This document shows, piece after piece, positions 1 to 11,032 of a stretch of 64,000 nt of DNA (positions are counted from its first letter, which is position 1; each line of letters opens with the position of its first letter). Position numbers and translations under genes: made by a program. Source of the DNA: Adineta vaga (taxonomy: Eukaryota; Animalia; Rotifera); assembly GCA_021613535.1 (NCBI GenBank), contig CP075493.1, positions 16,678,001 through 16,742,000 on the forward strand, given 5' to 3'. A model generated the notes under the pieces. That model did no database searches. It saw only the letters and a program-made list of their open reading frames with translations, and was not told the DNA's origin.

Positions 1-937
1 TGTTGAAAGAAATTAATCCACCTACTGTTCTGATCAGATTAGCGAAGTCTTCTGTCGATAATCCTTGTCCTCGATAAACTATGAACGGTTCCTGTTTGTC
101 CTTAAATTGTTCCTCATGCATTTGCTTGATGTGTCGATGAAGATCGCTAACGAAAAAGCCCATATTGATAATAGTAATGGTATCCAGCTTGCGCAAAGAC
201 TGATTGAGCGTCGAATAGAGAAAGGATTCTTTTGAATACCACCATACAGGCGATTTGGTATGATAGTTCTGTTCAAAGTCCGCGAAAAACCGAAGTTGAA
301 AATCGTTACCAGCGAACTTCTTATGGCAATTAACAACGAAGTCTTTTAGACATTGTTCGTCGTAGTGGGCTTCAAACAAGATTTCTTTCAGGATCTGAGT
401 GTACATAAATGACTGATCTAGTTCATCTAAATTTTCACTAGAGATCTCATCCACTGGGACAAAACTGATCGAAATAGTATTTTGATCATGTTGCCGCGCT
501 GCTTGTTTGAGTGATTCACAGATGGCGCCAATATTTAAGAAAATATCCTCTACTTTGTGCCAGTCTTTTACTAGTCGTTCATGACTTTCCGTCTTGTTGC
601 AAAGAATAAATATCGAATTGAGTTGTAACACATCGTGAATAAGAGGTATGAGGTGTTCACTGAGTTCACCAACTATAATCATCAGGACTTCTTCATCCGT
701 AATATCAGTGAGGAAATCGATGCATTGATCAATATTTGTAAATATATCCATTCTATTAACAGTATGTTGCAGCTGAATGATCGAGTTGTAATAAGTATCG
801 TTTGACTCATCGATATTTTCATCAAGCCAAATGAAGCGAAAGCCTTGCGTAGTATCTTGTCGCCGCCGTCGGCTAGTTGTGATGGGAAAACGCTGATCCA
901 ATTCTGTCTTCCGTGCGAAGGTAGAATCAGTAACCAT
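1..937 (-). CDS. ADP-ribosyltransferase-TPR family protein, N-terminal part (runs off the window start)
   Basis: Not in the ORF track; translated by hand from ATG at 937: MVTDSTFARK...FIWLDENID...SFMYTQILKEIL...PVWWYSKESFLYSTLNQSLR...VYRGQGLS...GGLISFN. Same motif order as 24009..27098. Confidence 0.85.
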   Translation of the reverse strand, partial: MVTDSTFARKTELDQRFPITTSRRRRQDTTQGFRFIWLDENIDESNDTYYNSIIQLQHTVNRMDIFTNIDQCIDFLTDITDEEVLMIIVGELSEHLIPLIHDVLQLNSIFILCNKTESHERLVKDWHKVEDIFLNIGAICESLKQAARQHDQNTISISFVPVDEISSENLDELDQSFMYTQILKEILFEAHYDEQCLKDFVVNCHKKFAGNDFQLRFFADFEQNYHTKSPVWWYSKESFLYSTLNQSLRKLDTITIINMGFFVSDLHRHIKQMHEEQFKDKQEPFIVYRGQGLSTEDFANLIRTVGGLISFN

Positions 938-1220
938 GTATAGAGAACAAATAACAGAATGTTGTTCGCGTAGTGTAAAAACAGGTTATTTTTTCTACTC
1001 CTGATGTTGACGATGTTGTTGCTTGAAGTTTTTCATCTTTCTCTCTTTCTGCGCCGAAAGCGTTGTTATGAAAGAAAACAAACCGAAGATCGAGAAAAAT
1101 CTATTGTCAATGATTCAAATGAAAATAACATTGGTCGAGGGCAACTCGCTTAACACTCGACTGATTCTTTTATCGGTCCAGTGAAATACTGAGCAATCAC
1201 AGATTCCAAAGAAAATCAAT

Positions 1221-1245
1221 TGGGTGTGGTGGGTGTGGGTGTGAG
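1221..1245. repeat. Telomere-like palindrome family, G-rich arm only
   Basis: TGGGTGTGGTGGGTGTGGGTGTGAG; partner arm not clearly recognisable. Confidence 0.6.
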
Positions 1246-1663
1246 CAATATCCGCCATGACCGGTTTCGACTGAATTTCACAGTCTCATCAGATGGCTTA
1301 TTGATTCAAATATAATCAAATGCAATTGACGTCTAGTTTAATCCTGAAATCAAAGTAAATATTAGGATAATTTTATAATTGATGCATTTAAAGTGTGTTA
1401 TCTGAATTGAGAAAGCAGAACATAGACTATATTGATTTTCAAGAATGGATGACTTAAATGATAGATGTATATGAAACAAAGATAGAATTAGATTGTATTG
1501 ATTGGAAGGGAGAACTAACATATGAAGAAATAGTTGAATTGAAAGAATGTCTATAGTCTGGTTGATAATTTAGCTGCTGTCTTGTTATTTTCGTCATTCA
1601 TATATATCACTCTATATTGGATTTTTGGATGTTTGTATATCCAGTAGCAAGCAACTATACTAT

Positions 1664-2496
1664 CCCGGGCCAAAATAAAGTTAAGTGTTGCACTTTTCGT
1701 TTTCAAAATGAACGAAACTGAAAAGCGCCATAAAGTGAATAGGAAAGAGCAGGCCTCTCAGTATTCTTAAGACTTCTTCTATATTATTCGTGTGACTAAA
1801 GCTATTTACTATCAGAAAAGATAGCGCTTGAAATTCTCTACAAAACCATATATGACTTGGTCTAAAAACTATTTTATATACATTTGAAAAAAAATGAAAA
1901 TTAAAGACATACAAAAGACTGTAAATAGATGTAATGAATCATCACGCAGTGCATCAAATTTTTTATCACTAACTTCACCCTATTATGGAAATAAAATACA
2001 GTAAAAGATACAGCGTAAAAAGCTCTACAATTTACATAAGATAGTTTATTTTATAATTACACTTTTTGCTTTTAAAATGTACAAATTTCGAGTGATCAAA
2101 TTTTTACAGTACGAAAACGGTATCTTTCTTCGTAGAAAATGATTTGATTGTCTTTCGTATGCTATCTTTTTATAATTGTTCTTTCAAAATTGTAGAGCTT
2201 TTCACGCAGCATCTTGTGCTGTATTTTGTTTTCTTTTTAATAAAGTCCATTAGGCTATGGAAAGATGAGATAAGAAAACAGTGTGTCAAAATAATTGTTT
2301 TTTTCGGAGTGCGAAAAACTAGTGCCTCATAATTTTGTTTGTTTTGAAAGCGAAAAGTGCAACTACAAAACCAATTGTTTTGGGAAATATGTAGTGTTTT
2401 TCAAGCTGCATCTTTTGATATATTCTGTTTTTCCGATATAGTGTAATTAGTGGTGTAAAAATGAAGTGCAACACTTAACTTTATTTTGGCCCCGGG
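1664..2496. mobile_element. Non-autonomous TIR DNA transposon (833 bp) with 7-bp TSD ATACTAT
   Basis: Left end CCCGGGCCAAAATAAAGTTAAGTGTTGCACTT is the reverse complement (one indel) of right end AAGTGCAACACTTAACTTTATTTTGGCCCCGGG. ATACTAT at 1657-1663 and 2497-2503. Internal inverted repeats also present; no transposase ORF. Confidence 0.85.
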
Positions 2497-2772
2497 ATAC
2501 TATGGCTTATAATACAGGCGAAGATTAGTAAAAGATAGCGTGGCCTAAAAGAGAATTGAAAGTAAGACGAAAGTTAATAATTTTGTTGTTTTTCAATGGA
2601 AGTATTATGATAAACTGTGAAAAAAAGAGAAGAAAGCTAACGAGGGAAGGACACCAACTTTAAAATCGTTTTCTGGTTGAAACATAGTTGACAATAGGCA
2701 ATCGACTATACAGATTCCGAATATCAAGCTCATTACGGCTAATGGATTGATTAAGACCCTGGTTTTCTAGAA

Positions 2773-2896
2773 AGGGTGTGAGTCAGTGGGTGTGGGTATG
2801 AGGGAGGGGTGGGGGTGGGTGAGTGTGTGGTGTGGGTGTGGGTTGGTGTGGATCAAGCCATCTATTCTTCACACACACAAACACCCACATCCTCAA
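2773..2896. repeat. Telomere-like palindrome family, expanded G-rich arm
   Basis: AGGGTGTGAG...GTGTGGGTGTGGG...CACACACACAAACACCCACATCCTCAA. Confidence 0.8.
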
Positions 2897-3411
2897 ACAG
2901 ATCAAGGATGAATATTAAAAGATAAATATCGATTTTAAAGAACATTTGAAACTGTACTTATGGTTAAAAAAATGAAAATGATTACTCAAGAAACAACGAA
3001 GATATGCACTCATCTTTGCATTACATGTTTAATTGATTTTTAATCAAGTATAATTCATTCAAAGGAATCAAAAGTACCCTACCAGAATCGGCATCTCACG
3101 CTCTTTTGCAAACACATGTTCCGATTTTTTTTGTCGGACTTATGGTTGAATTTATTACGCAAAAAATTCTTTATGAAATTGAAAGAGATTTTTCTACAAA
3201 ATGTTCTATTCAAAAATCTTTTTATAAATATATCTAGTCATTAGAATCAGAATTTGATGAGCTTTGTATAGGTAGTGGAACGGAATATAGTTCAATATAT
3301 CTGTACTCTCATATCCTTGGATAAGAATTTAGTTATGTTCAAAAAAAAAGCATAAGAGAGAGTTGTAAATTTTTAACATACAAGAAATGTTTAAATACGA
3401 AAAATTTTGTT

Positions 3412-4431
3412 TTAAAACATTGTGTAAATTCTGGTAGGTATTGTTTCAGATTCTTTATGATCATATTTAACAAACCATTGTTTAATCGTTGACCAGAAAT
3501 TAGTCTGATAAGTCAACATTATTTCATCAATGTCAATAACTCCAAATATTCGAAATTCAAATCGAAATTTCGTTAATAGAGGGATGTTGTTTTCTATAAT
3601 GTGTTCCCACTTGTTTCCATCAGCATAATCTCGACCAAATGCTTGTAATGAGAATGTTTTCAATTGAGGTGTGTTCGTTAATAAAACTGTTAGATCATTT
3701 AATGTAACATCTGAAGAGCGTCCCATCTTAATTTTTAAATGAGTTATTTTTGTTTTTGTTAAAGAACAATCTCTACGTCCTGTGAATAAGCAATCAATTG
3801 AAATACTGTCTAAATTGTGCAGAAAACCAAATAGAGAAAATAACTCTGAAATTGTCGAACAGTTTAAGGTTAAATGGTCCAGATTATCTGAAGCAGAATT
3901 TAGCATAGATGATGATAAAAAACGCGGAATAAACTGTGCTCGACGTGGCACTACTAGTTTAAGGTATTTAAGTGCTGGTATTCTTTTACGTATAATCATC
4001 GTGAATAAGTTATTGTAAACTGGTTGATAACTTATTTCAACTTTTCGGATAACTGTTAGTGATTTCAAGCTTTTGAAGTGTGATAGACGAGGTACTAAAT
4101 CAATAAAATCCAGTGGTATAAGATCGTATACAAATAATGCTTGACAATTTCTAAAGAAGTGTGGCATTGTAAATAATTCTTCTAATAAAATCATCTGATT
4201 ACTATGTGATATTGAGAGGGAGCGAATTTGTCCGAAATCGATATATCGACGCACAAATTCGAAGATCTCAACGGTATGTAGTGTTAAATGTTTCGAATGC
4301 CATTTGTTAAGAAGATTGTTTAGTCGAATTGTTAATCCATATAGTGAATAGTATAGTAGATTAACATCGAAATATTGAAAAATATCAAGAAATAATTCGT
4401 TTGGTAGATCAAGTAATTTTGATTGGACCAT
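3412..4431 (-). CDS. F-box/LRR-type protein
   Basis: N-terminal F-box LLDLPNELFLDIFQYF, Leu-rich repeats, C-terminal DGNKWEHII...YQTNFW...W motif; intronless, 339 aa. Confidence 0.8.
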   Translation of the reverse strand: MVQSKLLDLPNELFLDIFQYFDVNLLYYSLYGLTIRLNNLLNKWHSKHLTLHTVEIFEFVRRYIDFGQIRSLSISHSNQMILLEELFTMPHFFRNCQALFVYDLIPLDFIDLVPRLSHFKSLKSLTVIRKVEISYQPVYNNLFTMIIRKRIPALKYLKLVVPRRAQFIPRFLSSSMLNSASDNLDHLTLNCSTISELFSLFGFLHNLDSISIDCLFTGRRDCSLTKTKITHLKIKMGRSSDVTLNDLTVLLTNTPQLKTFSLQAFGRDYADGNKWEHIIENNIPLLTKFRFEFRIFGVIDIDEIMLTYQTNFWSTIKQWFVKYDHKESETIPTRIYTMF

Positions 4432-4835
4432 TTCTTTATTTCAAATCGAAAAGATAAATTCAAAGCTGAAGTACAGAGAAATATCTCCTCTTATCAACTT
4501 TTTATTATATTATTTTTTATAAAAATATTTTGAAACTATTGTGTTTATATTCAATGAAGTTACTGGGTTTTTTTCCAGTAATATTTGCTTATCATAAATT
4601 ATAGTAAATCATATTATAACATACATTTCACATATACATGACGGCATAGATTATGCACAATTGAATTTTTGTTCGATAACATTTCTTTCATGTTATTACA
4701 TCATATAGCTTTTATCTTTTCTTTGCTCGATACAAGAAAAAGTAAATATGTATATTACATTCGACGCAGTTCTTTTATTGAATTTTTTTCCTCGTGTAGT
4801 TTCTTTCTTTTCAAACACGAGTCAATATTTATATA

Positions 4836-4885
4836 TGAGTAGGGTGTGGGTCAGGCTACACTCTCAAACCCACACCCACCCTCAA
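4836..4885. repeat. Telomere-like palindrome family
   Basis: TGAGTAGGGTGTGGG-TCAGGCTACACTCTCAAA-CCCACACCCACCCTCAA. Confidence 0.85.
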
Positions 4886-5479
4886 TTTAATTCGATTAAT
4901 TGTATCGAATTTGTTTAGGATAAAGATGTTTATAAATTGATGTAAAATTTATTTGAAGACGATGATATGATTGAAGTATTTTGTCCAATTGTGAATTAAC
5001 TTGATCAAATGCATAGAAAGTATCACCTGGATTCAAAAAATAATAAAAAATTGAATGAAGAATTTCACATAGAAAATTTTCTAATATATAATATACTATA
5101 TGATATCAGTTTGTGATTATAATAAAAAAATAGAAAAAGATTTGTAATTGTATCATTCACCTTTCAAATATGAGGTAAAAAAGTAAGACTATAAAGGTCG
5201 TTAACTTTTGATCAATATATCTTTGTCAATTTTCAAACGGGAATTTACTTCAGAAATCTTTAATGTAGACGCAATCAGAATATTGAGGGTGGGAAAGGGG
5301 GCTCATCGGCTAAATTTGGTCTTCTGATGATGGTTCATAGCATGATTTAGCAGTAAAAACTATGCTGGATGGAAAGACTGAGTTCCTTCTGGTCGCTCTT
5401 TGGTTACGTTACTAATCTTTTTAATCTTCCAAAATGAGAAGAAAAATTAAATAATAATCGTATTTTGTAGGTTGATTTC

Positions 5480-7203
5480 TAATATATAGCAATCATTCAA
5501 AAAGATTTTTTATAAACGATAAAAAAAAGATCCAAATGAACGATATTATAAAAAAAACAAATAGTAGATTTGGTGTTCCTTAAAGCTTTGTTACAAATAT
5601 AACCAAGAAAATATTCAATAATCCAAAGTGTTAAAGAATGAATTGAAAAGTATGGAAATATAGATGTTAATATTTCATATAAATGATCTAAATGAACAGT
5701 TTTTATCATAATGATAAAAACTCCGATAGTAACATGTTTGTTCGATAATCCAAATATTTTACTCATTTTAAACTAGAAATCTTCAAAACGTGATTGTTTA
5801 TAACTAGAAGAAAATTTGTTTAATGCCTAAAAAAGACTCATCAAAATCAATCAAAAATATTGAATAAGAATTTAATTTACTCGTTTTCCAAGCCATAAAT
5901 GAATACAAAAAAGGATGGAACCATTTAATGGGTGAAAATCAATTTTACATGTTGCAGAACAATGAAGAAACTTTTCAATATCATTAATAATTAAATTTGC
6001 ATTAAAGTCCAATTTTGATTTATCATTTATCGACGAATCAACAAAAAGTAATATCCTGATGAAATAAATTTTAATAAACGAATTTGTTTTAATTGTACAT
6101 TTTCTATAAATTCTTTTTTTTTAGAGAATTTGATTGATAATCATTAGTTTAACAAATCAAAGAATGAAGTTTTGGCATTTGATGTTGAATATCAAGATGT
6201 TGAAGATTGTGAAGTGAAACTTGAAAGACCAAAATCAGATATTGAAACAGTAAATAAACCAACGTTTTTCTTCAATTCAAAATGATGTTCGAAATGAATT
6301 GAGAATTTGTTCATTTACAAAATCTTTTACACTGAATAAAAAATTTAATGAAATCAAATCTTTTGCAATTCTTTCCCATTGATATCCATCAGCAAAACTC
6401 ATATCAAGTGGTGTAGATGAACATTTCATTTCGAAATGTGTTAAATTTGGAAATTTTTTTAAGAATTCTTCAATCTTATCTATATTAGACACTGCTAAAC
6501 CTATAAATTAAATTAAATAAATAATTGTCTGTGACGATTTATGAAGGAAGGAGTGTTACCCTTAATGATATTATTTAGAATGCGCCGTTTTGGTTGATCT
6601 GACTGCTGAAACTCGATGCACTGCAGGACTGAGAAGAAGGATGTGGGTGAAGGTCAAGAGTATAGCTTGACCCACATCCGTTTCGATCTTGAGATTTTGA
6701 TCCTATTCTCTCCAGAATCCTTACTTGAAATTATCAAGCAATAGTTTTCTTAATGAATAACATATAATTTCATTTGATAACGATATATTTGAAAATATGT
6801 GAGAAACAAAGTAACGGATTTAAGTTGAGGTGCATTTTGAAATATTTCATCGACAAAATCAAATGAATATAATTTTGATTGATTTTAATTCCTCCGAATA
6901 ATGTGAACTGAAATATTTCAATTGAGGTAAAATTCTGGATAGTACTTTGGTAAAATTGAATAAATCTTATAATCGGTTACAGACCATAAATTTTCTCTTT
7001 CCCATGATATTCCTTTTCCATGTGAACTATCAAATGAAAGAAAATTTAACTGTTCAAGTTTAAATAAATTAGGTAATATTTTTTGTAATGAATCATGTGG
7101 AACTTTTATCAATGAAAGAAATCAAAGATTTGTAAATTGTTCTATTTGATAATAAGATAAAAATAATTGTGATAGACAAGATGTTTCATTATCATCAGAA
7201 ATT
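5480..7203 (-). pseudogene. Degraded F-box/LRR-family gene, 5' truncated
   Basis: ORF pieces 6918..7112, 6277..6492 (FADGYQWE...LNSFRTSF*) and 5497..5766 resemble 3412..4431, with stops and frameshifts; intron ~6501..6724; no F-box start found upstream of ~7203. Ends approximate. Confidence 0.65.
6639..6679. repeat. Telomere-like palindrome family (intronic copy)
   Basis: GGATGTGGG...CCCACATCC perfect outer arms; inner stem GGTCAAG-AGTATAG-CTTGACC. Confidence 0.85.
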
Positions 7204-7689
7204 CTCAAGAAAATAACTTATTCAGGTCGAATTGATTCATTGTTACACAAGAAAACCTGAGGATATCTTTATAATTCGCGCTGAATGATGTAAATGAGTA
7301 AGAAGTCGATAACGTTTGTTTGTTTTTTTCATAAGAAGTGACATCATTTATTTGCTTGTAATAACAACAAACAATGAATATATCAGATAAAATATTTTCA
7401 AAATGCGTCACCAAATAGGTTTCGATCTCATGGTAAAAGCAGGCATTTGAGTCTTTCAATTTCTCTGCTTTTTCTTCGTTATTTATCGTTTTAATCAACT
7501 TCCTTTAAGAATCCTGTTCGAAATTGAAATATTCTATAAAAAAGAACAACTTTTTTTCTAATTTGTTGACCATGTTACTTTGATATAATCGCACAAATGA
7601 ATATCAAAGATAAAAAGAATTTTTTCTCTGCGTTTTTTTTTCTTCATCTGGAAAAATCGAATTTTTGATAAAAGAATTTAAGAAATGTT

Positions 7690-7737
7690 TGTGGATGTGT
7701 GAGGGTTAAGAGTATAGTCTCACCCACACCCACACCC
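7690..7737. repeat. Telomere-like palindrome family
   Basis: TGTGGATGTGTGAG-GGTTAAGAGTATAGT-CTCACCCACACCCACACCC. Confidence 0.85.
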
Positions 7738-8218
7738 ATCTTGCATTTGTTTTTTGCATAAAAGATTCACAACTAGGTGATAAATCATCATCATTAAACA
7801 TGAAATGTTCGAAATTTGGAAAAAAAACAAGGGTAGGTGAGAGTCTCAGTCACCGTCACACATTCCTTAGAATGATTTCATCCAAGACAAACGTAGGTTG
7901 ATGACATTGAAACTCATTCTACCATTTCAACTATGGAATAAATTGCCAGTGATGTATGACTCATACCATCGCTCCTTAAAATGAGTCAAACCTTAATGCT
8001 GAAATTGTTTTGATTGATTTCGTTTTATTTTGAATATGTTTGTCTTAAATGCGTAGCATTCGTGATTTTTCTTTATTGTTTATCTGTTGTTACTAAAATG
8101 ACGTTCGAAAAAAATCCCTTATTGAGAAAAAGAACATTTTGAAATAAAAGCAGTGTTCTTTTTTGTTTTTATGCTGAATTATATGCACTGTAGTAAAAAC
8201 AACCTATTCATCGATTAA

Positions 8219-9754
8219 ATGGATAAAAAACCAAGTACGTTTTTCTTAGATAAGGTTAAATCAAAACTAGATTTAACCGATAATAAAGAGAAGAAAGATT
8301 CCTTGTCAGACATATCCGATCAAGGTACATCATTATCAACAATCCTCGGTGGTCTCAAACTGTTTGATAATAATCTCTCGCTCAGTACATTGTCAAACAA
8401 ATATCAATCGACTGATACATTGTATGATATTGTTATTCGTATTAATAATGTATCCGATTTATGTTCTCAAGGATGGGAAATTTTAGTTGGTAAATATGCA
8501 AAAACGATTGTGCCAAATCGAATAGTATTTGACAATAATAACTCAACAATTCCATCATCTGAACAGAAAAAAGGTGTTATAGCTACTGCTCTCGGTGCTT
8601 ATAATCGTGGCAAATCATTTTTATTGAAAAAACTTTGTAAAATTGAACTTCCCAATGGAAATTTAGTATCTACAGAAGGTATATCGATAACAGCTGGAAG
8701 AGAAAATTACACAAATCTTGTGTTCTTGGATACTGCTGGAACAGACACACCAGTAAAAAATGAAGAAATTGAATCTAAAAGAGCTACGGAAGCACTTTTA
8801 CGAGAAGTAGTTTTGCATTTATCTACTTTCATCATTATTGTGGTCAATCGTCTGCGTGCTACAGATCAAATCTATATCAAAGAAATTTTAAAATATTGTC
8901 GAAATACTTCAGATAAAAAAAGTATTATTATCGTTCATAATTTACTTGATGTTGAATCCATTGAAGATCTGGCCAAAGTTATTGATAATGAGATTAAAAA
9001 AATATTTGGAGCAAAAAAAGAAGTATTACAGTTAACAATTAATCGTGAATCAAAACAGATCGAATATTTTACATCACAACAGAATGGCATTGATATACGG
9101 CATTATATTTTAGCAAAATCACAGTCCAAAGCAGCTGGTGTTTGGAATAAACAAACATTTGATGGTATTATGAATCTACTTCAAAATTCCGAAAATAAAC
9201 GTAGTCTTGATATTATTAATGATATGATTAGCTTTATTAATAGCAAACTTCCACAATTATTTAAAAATAATCATCAAAATTTACAAATTGTACAACATGA
9301 AAGTCAACCCTATATTGTACATTCGTCTCGACAACATCGAGATGATCTATTAAAAGATCCACTTTCATTAGAATTATCAGAAAAACTTGCGTATGATGAT
9401 GCAGGATATTTTATTCGAAATGAAAGTGGACATTGGCAACCTCGCTATACTCTATATGAAGATAAGAAAGCCTACTACTTAATTGTTGAAGCTGCTGGAT
9501 TTAAAGAAGGTGAATTAGACGTAACCCAATCAGAATATTGCATTACTATTGCAGGCACTCGACCTGACTTAATCACATTAGCTACTGATCCTACTATTCG
9601 TCAATCTGATATTCCTGTGGGATCATTTGAATTAAACATACCGTTTCAAGACGAGATTGTTCCTGACGATGCGGTAATAATCGAACGTAAAGACGGCATG
9701 ATTCAGTTTACGATTCCAAAGAAAGCAGCATGTCAAATAAAACGACGTGTTTAA
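8219..9754 (+). CDS. P-loop GTPase-like domain fused to C-terminal HSP20/alpha-crystallin-like domain
   Basis: G1 GAYNRGKS, G2 STEG, G3 DTAG, IVHN; C-terminus YYLIVEAAG...ITIAGTR...GSFELNI...DGMIQFTIPK follows the ACD beta-strand pattern; intronless. Confidence 0.75.
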   Translation: MDKKPSTFFLDKVKSKLDLTDNKEKKDSLSDISDQGTSLSTILGGLKLFDNNLSLSTLSNKYQSTDTLYDIVIRINNVSDLCSQGWEILVGKYAKTIVPNRIVFDNNNSTIPSSEQKKGVIATALGAYNRGKSFLLKKLCKIELPNGNLVSTEGISITAGRENYTNLVFLDTAGTDTPVKNEEIESKRATEALLREVVLHLSTFIIIVVNRLRATDQIYIKEILKYCRNTSDKKSIIIVHNLLDVESIEDLAKVIDNEIKKIFGAKKEVLQLTINRESKQIEYFTSQQNGIDIRHYILAKSQSKAAGVWNKQTFDGIMNLLQNSENKRSLDIINDMISFINSKLPQLFKNNHQNLQIVQHESQPYIVHSSRQHRDDLLKDPLSLELSEKLAYDDAGYFIRNESGHWQPRYTLYEDKKAYYLIVEAAGFKEGELDVTQSEYCITIAGTRPDLITLATDPTIRQSDIPVGSFELNIPFQDEIVPDDAVIIERKDGMIQFTIPKKAACQIKRRV

Positions 9755-9870
9755 AGTGTGAAATGATACAGAATAAAAATGATTTAATTATTTTAGTTAG
9801 ATTACCTTTAGATATCTTCTCTTTAAGTAGTCATATTCTTACTCTCAAGCTTTGATTATTTTTGTCTTCT

Positions 9871-9926
9871 TCTTGTGAGGGTGTGGGTGTGTGAGGGTTA
9901 TAAATATAGCATGATCCACACCCTCA
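9871..9926. repeat. Telomere-like palindrome family
   Basis: TCTTGTGAGGGTGTGGGTGTGTGAG-GGTTATAAATATAGCATGAT-CCACACCCTCA. Confidence 0.85.
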
Positions 9927-10029
9927 GTAAGTAAAACAACATTTATACGATCAAATGGCTAATGTCGGTGATAACAATCGAAGGAACCGACAACATTTTT
10001 AATATGTTACTTTTAAATATTTTATTTAG

Positions 10030-10078
10030 GAGGGTGTGGGTGTGGATAAGAGTATAGAAACCACACCCACACCCTCAA
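10030..10078. repeat. Telomere-like palindrome family, best-preserved copy
   Basis: Perfect 16-bp inverted repeat GAGGGTGTGGGTGTGG (10030-10045) / CCACACCCACACCCTC (10061-10076) around the 15-nt spacer ATAAGAGTATAGAAA. Confidence 0.95.
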
Positions 10079-11032
10079 TATGGTGATATCGTCACGCTCA
10101 TCCCTCTCAGCTCCACACCATCAAGGTTATGGTAGCTATACACATCCACACAGCCACGTCCACACTCACACGCACGCCTTGACCCCTCATCATGTCGTCG
10201 GCCCAACGGCCAACATATTTACCTTCACTTGCGTCGGTGTGCACTGTTTCATCTATTATCTTGTCGTCCATATAATTGACTTCGTATTGATCATTATTCG
10301 TCGGCACTGTAAAAAGTGAAATTCATAAGTACGCGAAGAAAAGTTAGATAAAAGTACTTGTGTGCACACACTTTTGAGTTTAGTATAAGTTCAAAAAAGT
10401 TCAAATTGCGAGTCAGGGTGATTTAGTGTGACATAGTCTGAGGTTTTCTGCGAGCTATATAAGCCATAGCATTGTTGTTCGGGTTAGGGTAAAAAATACA
10501 GCTAAATAGATTCATGATAGATACTTGATTGTATACATTCTTAGTGAATATCTGACGTTGTGAGGACTCTATTGACCTAACCGGACGCTGCAACTCTCAT
10601 CTTCATCTCGTATTCGTCACACCATCGACACTGTACGAAAAAAATCAAGCATCTATCTTGTGCAAAATAAACAAAGTTCTAGCTTATGTGACGTAAGTTT
10701 GCTTGCATTTAAGTGTTCGATCTTTCTAACAAAACTCAAAACAAGTTGCCTGCAGAAACCCATAATATGCTGGGATCAATATTTCTCAAGAACCGGATGA
10801 AATGACTGAAAACTGTTTTTTTCCCGACAGATCTCCTTTGGAGAATAATGATTTTTGCACCGTTTTAGTGGTCGAGGATTGCTCCTAAAAATGTTCTCCT
10901 TATTAAATAACAATAGTTCAACCATAAATTACCGAAGAATAACAAGAAAAGGAAAGTAAAAGCATTGACCAAGGGAATCCATCATATTAAATGGGACTAA
11001 GGAATTAGGAGGAATCAAAAAAACCCATGCAC

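Noticed and set aside
2773-2850. A true telomere or chromosome end
   Set aside because: Tract is short, degenerate, internal and paired with a C-rich arm.
10080-10319. His/Thr-rich short ORFs
   Set aside because: They come from CA-rich decayed palindrome-arm sequence; no other coding evidence.
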